DNA of 10,015 bases from Candidatus Iainarchaeum sp. (lineage in GTDB: Archaea; Iainarchaeota; Iainarchaeia; Iainarchaeales; CSSED10-239): the NCBI GenBank assembly GCA_003559395.1, contig PWLL01000020.1, positions 1 through 10,015 of the forward strand, written 5' to 3'. Position numbers and translations under genes: made by a program. The notes beneath the pieces were generated by a model. The model ran no database searches, was not told the origin of the DNA, and saw only the letters and a list, made by a program, of their open reading frames with translations. Position 1 is the stretch's first letter, and every line of letters starts with the position of its first letter. This document shows, one piece after another, positions 6,401 through 10,015 of this stretch.

Positions 6401-8647
6401 TTTCATTTTAAAATCTGCAAAACTTGTAGAGGCATAGTCAATAAATCCTTTGTTGTTTAAGTGTGTTTGTGTCATATCAACAGCACCTGCATAGTCATTT
6501 GTAATTGCATTTGACATTTTGTTAAAGTAGGTGTCTGAAACATTTATTGGGTCTAATAAATAATCGTCTAGATGTTCTGGTTTAATTATAGTTTCTATAG
6601 ATTGTGTGTTAAATTCAGGAAAACCAGTACCGTGCGTTATTTGACTTTTAAGACTTTCAAAATTTTGTGGTGTAACACTAACTGTTTGGGTCCCTATTTT
6701 TGCTTGAACAACACCACTTGGATTATTTTTTATAAAAGTTTCAATATCTGCTATTTTTGTAAATTGTTGAGGTGTTCCGCTTGGTACAGAAACTTCTGGC
6801 ATAATTACGTTTCTTTTTACAAAACTACCATCAGCTAATTGATAACTTACTTCTTTTGTTTTTGCTGTTGCTACATTAAACCCCTCATTAAATTTAAACA
6901 TTTTATCATTAATTTGTGTACTTACACCAGTTTTTGTTTGATATGAAGTTGAGAACACAGATTCTGGAAAAACTTCATGTCCAGGCACAGCAGCATCTAG
7001 ATGATCTGGGTTTATTTTTATTTTATTTGTTGAAAAATCAGCTGCAGTCATTGCTTTTTTAAGATTTACACCTTGTGCGTTTACACCATCTAACAAATCT
7101 TGATATGCTAACATCGCATCATTATAAGCATTAAATTCTTCAGGACTAAAACTTTTAAACATTTCTTTTGTGGTTTTTCCTTGTTGTTTTGCTGCAATTA
7201 TTTTGTTTTGTATAGTATTTACATGATCTAATTTCATTATTTCTGAGGCGTTTTCTTTTGCTAAACTAGCAAGCATATTTTCTTGATTTACAAGACTATA
7301 AAATACAGATTTTTGTTTAGATGTCATATCTTTGAAAAAATCAGGGTTGTTTATGATCTTATCACTAACTTCTCCTTTTCCTTTTTTTACTGCATCTCTA
7401 TAAATTTTCATTTTTTGATTAAGATTATTTTGTGCAATCATCTGCTCTCTCATTGTTTGGTTTTGAATACCCAAGATTGCACTACCATTTTCAGACATGT
7501 TTTTTACCATCTTAGCTCCTGCTCTTGATTTTCTTGCCGCAACAAAAGAACTTCCAACTGTTCTTTTTGTATCTAAGATAAGACGTGCTGGGTCTTTCAT
7601 AAGATTTTTTAAAAAAGTTGGTTTTATTTTATTTACAATTTTTGCGTAATTTGATTGAATACCAGGAACTCTCATAAGCTTTGCAGTTGTTGCTCCTAAA
7701 AGCACTCTTCCTGCACTAAAGACCATATCTGTTGAATAATATTGATTAAACATTTTATCAAATAAAGAATAAGAGTGAATAAAAGTATTTTCTGTACTTC
7801 CTGTTGTTGCCATGTTTGCAGAAAAACTACTTGTTTCTATAACATTTGATATTGCTTTGTCTGTTACAAGCTTTAAACCTTCTATATTCATTTCGTTTGT
7901 ATCTGTTGTTTCTAAAAGGTTTTTATAGTGATTCATTTCTGCAACAGATGCATCAGAAAAAGGACCAAGTTCAATATTATAATCTGTTTTGTCTCCAGTT
8001 ATAATTTCTCCTGCTGCTTCTCTTGCTTTGTTAACTCCAATAAAATCTAAAAGATCTTTTCCTACACTAGCCATTTCTGGAAAAAATCCTGTAAGTCCGT
8101 TTTGTCTAAACAAACCAAAGCTTCTTGTATAACATCCAGAAGCAGAATCTTCACATCTTCCTGTTCTTAAAGTTGAGTCTAGATCTAGTCCATACTGAAA
8201 AGAACCTTCACAGCTTTGTGCAAGTAAAGCAGATGTTTCTAAAGGATTCATTAATTTATCAGGCATCTCTACTTTTCCGGCCATATCTCCTGCAACTGCA
8301 TCTTGACCAGTAACCAAAAGTTCGTTTTGAATAAGTTCTTCTCTGTCTAGGGTTGCATCTATATTCGATTCAACTCTATCTATTTTAAAACCACTAACAA
8401 TAATGTCATTCCATATTTTTCTAACAGCTTCTTCTGGCAACCTAATTGTTGCACATCCATCTCCTCTGTTATAAACATAATCTAAATCACTTATGTCACT
8501 AAACATAAATGTACAACCAGATGGATCTTCTTTTTTTTCAGAGATTACTCTTGAAGGATCAATGTTTGCAGAAAAAACACTTCCTACAATCATTATTAAA
8601 AACAAAAATGACATCAATGGTCTTAGGTTTTTTATTTTATATCTCAT
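3449..8647 (-). CDS. Giant (1732 aa) secreted, C-terminally membrane-anchored surface protein of unknown family
   Basis: Uninterrupted 5.2-kb ORF in a stop-codon-rich AT-rich sequence. The N-terminus MRYKIKNLRPLMSFLFLIMIVGSVFSA-N looks like a signal peptide. The C-terminus has a TM helix (TVGLMMYILFFVSCFYIINTVLL) followed by KNKKKR. There are 13 Cys in the predicted ectodomain and many N-x-S/T sequons. No catalytic or repeat-family motif recognised. Confidence 0.9.
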   Translation of the reverse strand: MRYKIKNLRPLMSFLFLIMIVGSVFSANIDPSRVISEKKEDPSGCTFMFSDISDLDYVYNRGDGCATIRLPEEAVRKIWNDIIVSGFKIDRVESNIDATLDREELIQNELLVTGQDAVAGDMAGKVEMPDKLMNPLETSALLAQSCEGSFQYGLDLDSTLRTGRCEDSASGCYTRSFGLFRQNGLTGFFPEMASVGKDLLDFIGVNKAREAAGEIITGDKTDYNIELGPFSDASVAEMNHYKNLLETTDTNEMNIEGLKLVTDKAISNVIETSSFSANMATTGSTENTFIHSYSLFDKMFNQYYSTDMVFSAGRVLLGATTAKLMRVPGIQSNYAKIVNKIKPTFLKNLMKDPARLILDTKRTVGSSFVAARKSRAGAKMVKNMSENGSAILGIQNQTMREQMIAQNNLNQKMKIYRDAVKKGKGEVSDKIINNPDFFKDMTSKQKSVFYSLVNQENMLASLAKENASEIMKLDHVNTIQNKIIAAKQQGKTTKEMFKSFSPEEFNAYNDAMLAYQDLLDGVNAQGVNLKKAMTAADFSTNKIKINPDHLDAAVPGHEVFPESVFSTSYQTKTGVSTQINDKMFKFNEGFNVATAKTKEVSYQLADGSFVKRNVIMPEVSVPSGTPQQFTKIADIETFIKNNPSGVVQAKIGTQTVSVTPQNFESLKSQITHGTGFPEFNTQSIETIIKPEHLDDYLLDPINVSDTYFNKMSNAITNDYAGAVDMTQTHLNNKGFIDYASTSFADFKMKQFVTQNNVFDFAGKSLEAFGYNFLFWQTKRGFADVGFLSPLGLDKFSVYRLPESYSAINITHGMSPPIYDDAYIDFFANDGSDQGDLFMKFLNSAIFIFPKIIKTGLEVTAEYTDFQLIATAERSIDNMLRGKIKRDLVDNIVLFTDTINTGCGTNCRINIGSDYIEQQTRERSLEGLSADMYNEYMQFPSESEQTITRQDIQERKTQDQLANLDSTVEIMKEQYLDAGYNQQEVQEIVDEYREAQLEAIKENEKRFEYEDTTNYVDPSAKLNINFYVPRGFNTSNYILENTTPENYENKGQNLVTFSHHTDYSGINEGEKSEEEINLVKARQEGDTCEQKIRELNLGGINVGWALPKDYRLAVALTIPERAAYWTLPHPANPLLAPALLMTLPKQIIVMPQIKGCVDDQEGLYTHFFMNSLEYERIEEDPTNKVADMVDQGLDGIEGTLKNITKGTEFEKTVSAGTQEAKGFVEKNLRDHAIVQSSFSTSAGTDASLDGRLFFFELGPDTRCRANNLNDQGKEILIDEDKKEGLEIDKEKGELNLIDKDGNINKIIDSDHSDFVRLVATNLGIPAKIIPKMLTYIPVSDNPEELLFEMDVYGNFFVQDNDFMHCIRQGYYEQTGNEIDGGATNLTEYLGAVKSANIINPSTQYDVYPQTTKISAQGTPRQVAEGTSARLSIYGDRTSRLFPIEEVESKRINLGKNISVQFERGQLVYSGEKNAYIMWVEYTSVTSGADIKDLDAELTSTPAQNECDDDEIAFDFKATSTSDDPNSQAYANVEKMNNALENVGPFQMFDTPTKTILFYISDYPECEQRMRIIDKKTGEVYDQKITDIFDLEDGYRIQTEDGASHDFDISAEHGVPKLKYNDDVETLTSAQGQQGGFWYDPKTGNWYTENGMMIPYNQAFRDGMLFSTDADGKVTGKTSGNVFNIGTDAAGRRTDGFNIPLSPTSTVGLMMYILFFVSCFYIINTVLLKNKKKR

Positions 8648-8680
8648 ATACGTTTCACTTTTTTTAAAAATATATTAAAT
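8648..8680 (-). promoter_or_regulatory. Upstream region of the giant gene: TA-rich tract, A7 run, GTGAAA RBS-like motif
   Basis: The minus strand reads atttaatatattttt-AAAAAAA-GTGAAA-cgtat-ATG. It overlaps the last codons and stop of the upstream 175-aa ORF. Confidence 0.4.
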
Positions 8681-9191
8681 ATACTATTAAGGATAATAAT
8701 ACAGGAAAAAACAAATAAATAATAAAACTAATAATTATTGTAAAAGTTATTGACAACCATAACAAAAAATTATATTTATTTTTAGGAAGTTTCTTTTTTT
8801 TTATTTTTTGTAAACTTCTTTTTTTAAGATTGTCATATATTGCTGAAGTTATAAAGACTGCAATCAACAATAGTAAACTAAAGATTACCGCAACAAAGAA
8901 CAACTTAAAAATATTAAAGATTACTGCTTGAATAATAACATTAAAAGAATATCCTCCAAAACCATAGATTAAGGACGGCACAAAATATATTAATAACAAC
9001 AAAATATACACTATAGGAAAAGTTGTTAAAAAAACAGATCTTACAAAACTTTTCTTTTTTTTGTATCTTTGGTATCTTTTTGTAAGAAGGTTTGTTATTA
9101 ACACAAAGGGTAGGGCAAAGATACAACTATAGATGAACAATTTTATTACAAAGAACAAATGATTTAATATTGTTAAAGCTATTGAGCTCAT
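8664..9191 (-). CDS. Small polytopic membrane protein (175 aa, about 4-5 TM segments), function unknown
   Basis: Hydrophobic segments alternate with Lys/Arg-rich loops (TKRYQRYKKKKSFVR; NLKKRSLQKIKKKKLPKNKYN), consistent with positive-inside topology. The plus strand here is full of stops. The ATG is preceded by A7-c-GTGAAT. The ORF ends 16 nt before the giant gene's start. Confidence 0.7.
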   Translation of the reverse strand: MSSIALTILNHLFFVIKLFIYSCIFALPFVLITNLLTKRYQRYKKKKSFVRSVFLTTFPIVYILLLLIYFVPSLIYGFGGYSFNVIIQAVIFNIFKLFFVAVIFSLLLLIAVFITSAIYDNLKKRSLQKIKKKKLPKNKYNFLLWLSITFTIIISFIIYLFFPVLLSLIVYLIYF

Positions 9192-9217
9192 GTATTCACG
9201 TTTTTTTATATATATTC
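9192..9217 (-). promoter_or_regulatory. Upstream region of the 175-aa membrane ORF: TA tract, A7 run, GTGAAT RBS-like motif
   Basis: The minus strand reads aatatatat-AAAAAAA-c-GTGAAT-ac-ATG. It lies in a 138-nt divergent intergenic region, the only sizeable non-coding stretch in the window. Confidence 0.4.
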
Positions 9218-9298
9218 TATAATATTATATTAAAGCAAGGATATATAAATATATTTATCTACAAATATATATTAGTTGAAACATTTAAAAAGATGACT

Positions 9299-9329
9299 TA
9301 ATATATATTTTTATAAAGAAAGAAAGAAT
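9299..9329 (+). promoter_or_regulatory. Putative promoter and leader of the plus-strand K/E-rich gene
   Basis: A TA-rich tract (taatatatatttttataaa) is followed by a purine run (gaaagaaagaat) directly before the ATG at 9330. There is no GTGA or GGAGG motif here. The region is low-complexity, so the assignment is weak. Confidence 0.3.
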
Positions 9330-10015
9330 ATGGACCCTAAAAAGATACCTAGAAGAGAAAGAAGGTTTTATAGAAAACTAAAGAATGGAGAGTTTGTTTA
9401 TAGTGATAAAGTCGTTAAGAAGAAAGTTAAAAAAGAAAAACAACACACAAACCAGGACGCTACAAAAAAACAAACACCAAAACCAAAAGAACCACCAAAA
9501 CCAATTCCTATAGAAAAGAAAAAAGTAGTAGATTCTATTTTGCAAGAACTTTCTGAAAATCTAAATCCTGATATTGATACTATTAGTGAAATGATATATA
9601 ATCAACTTAAAAAAAGTAACGTAGATGTTAATAAAGACGTTATTAAAAACGTTGTAAACCAAACAGAACATTATAGAGCATCTAAAAGAAAACAACAACC
9701 AAAAGATAAAAATGACCCTACCAATAACATAATTTCTGAGCTTTCTAAAGAACTTCCTGAAGAAGATAGAAAAGCTTATGCTAGTTCTTCTGGAGGAGAA
9801 AGTCGTAGAGAGCAAAGAGAAAGAATAACAGGGATTGTTGATAATGTTTATGAACAGTTGGAAAAACAAAAGATAAGAGATGAAGTAAAACAAGAAAAAC
9901 AAGAACAACTAGAAGAAAAAGAAGAATTAAAAGAGCAAAAACAAAAAACATCAAAGAAAAAGAAACCTAAGCAAGAGAAAGAGCCTGAAGAAGAAAAACT
10001 GGATCTTGATTTAGA
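9330..10015 (+). CDS. Lys/Glu-rich low-complexity protein, function unknown; 3'-partial (runs off the window); absent from the supplied ORF track
   Basis: I translated 228 codons from the ATG at 9330 to the window end and found no stop (MDPKKIPRRERRFYRKLKNGEFVYSDKVVKKKVKKEKQ...KPKQEKEPEEEKLDLDL). This is the first ATG after an in-frame TGA at 9294. The sense strand is purine-rich like every other gene here. No TM segment. Confidence 0.7.
   Translation, partial: MDPKKIPRRERRFYRKLKNGEFVYSDKVVKKKVKKEKQHTNQDATKKQTPKPKEPPKPIPIEKKKVVDSILQELSENLNPDIDTISEMIYNQLKKSNVDVNKDVIKNVVNQTEHYRASKRKQQPKDKNDPTNNIISELSKELPEEDRKAYASSSGGESRREQRERITGIVDNVYEQLEKQKIRDEVKQEKQEQLEEKEELKEQKQKTSKKKKPKQEKEPEEEKLDLDL

Noticed and set aside
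3720-8678. Plus-strand ORFs of 61-88 aa from the track (3720-3908, 4041-4274, 4256-4450, 4942-5148, 5764-5967, 5919-6152, 6572-6838, 7283-7528, 8125-8313, 8493-8678)
   Set aside because: All lie antisense within the 5.2-kb giant ORF. They are F/L/I/C/S-rich, as expected when a purine-rich sense strand is read backwards. None has a start context or any motif. They are shadow ORFs.
8941-9126. Minus-strand 61-aa ORF in another frame of the 175-aa membrane ORF
   Set aside because: It is fully nested in the longer same-strand ORF, which has coherent TM and positive-loop structure. The nested ORF has no independent start signal.
8664-9191. The 175-aa membrane ORF as an archaeosortase, exosortase or rhomboid-type processing enzyme for the giant protein's C-terminal signal
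   Set aside because: It is much shorter than those families. It has a single Cys and a single His, both inside or beside the first helix, and no recognisable catalytic arrangement.
9239-9259. ggatatata(a/t)aatatat motif shared with the lysS upstream region (3392-3411), as a possible common operator
   Set aside because: The similarity is carried almost entirely by TA alternation. The two copies sit at different distances and orientations relative to their genes. It is not distinguishable from low-complexity coincidence.
9192-9329. Search for a tRNA, small RNA, CRISPR repeat or mobile-element end in the only sizeable intergenic region
   Set aside because: The 138 nt are almost pure A/T, with no G-C-supported stems, no cloverleaf potential and no direct or inverted repeats beyond TA alternation. 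The region is best explained as a divergent promoter region.
9561-9908. Minus-strand 115-aa F/L/I-rich ORF
   Set aside because: It is antisense to a plus-strand frame that stays open for 228 codons from an ATG at 9330. Its composition mirrors the other shadow ORFs, and it lacks the A-tract/GTGA start context seen for the real minus-strand genes.

Overview
AT-rich, tightly packed prokaryotic window. Genes overlap or sit 7-16 nt apart. Sense strands are purine-rich, so real genes throw long F/L/I-rich antisense shadow ORFs. The standard genetic code applies. Only one gene is recognisable by family: a class II lysyl-tRNA synthetase on the minus strand. More than half the window (3449-8647, minus) is one 1732-aa orphan ORF with an N-terminal signal peptide and a C-terminal TM helix plus basic tail. 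It has no motif I can place in any family, and a 175-aa polytopic membrane ORF ends 16 nt upstream of it. This pair is my best candidate for an undescribed system (giant surface, attachment or S-layer-like module), but its function is inference only. The plus strand starts with a three-gene operon: a charged coiled-coil protein, a single-pass protein with an acidic tail, and a membrane-anchored CPFC thioredoxin-fold protein. Two coding regions are missing from the ORF track. One is a 53-aa CxxC-x10-CxxC zinc-ribbon ORF 7 nt downstream of lysS. The other is a K/E-rich CDS open from 9330 to the window end. All four minus-strand ATGs are preceded by an A-rich run (A4-A8) plus GTGA 4-7 nt upstream, probably a GGTGA-type ribosome-binding site. 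I saw no tRNA, rRNA, CRISPR array, transposase or integrase. The source looks like a streamlined uncultivated lineage (CPR/Patescibacteria bacterium or DPANN archaeon). The domain of life cannot be decided from this window.
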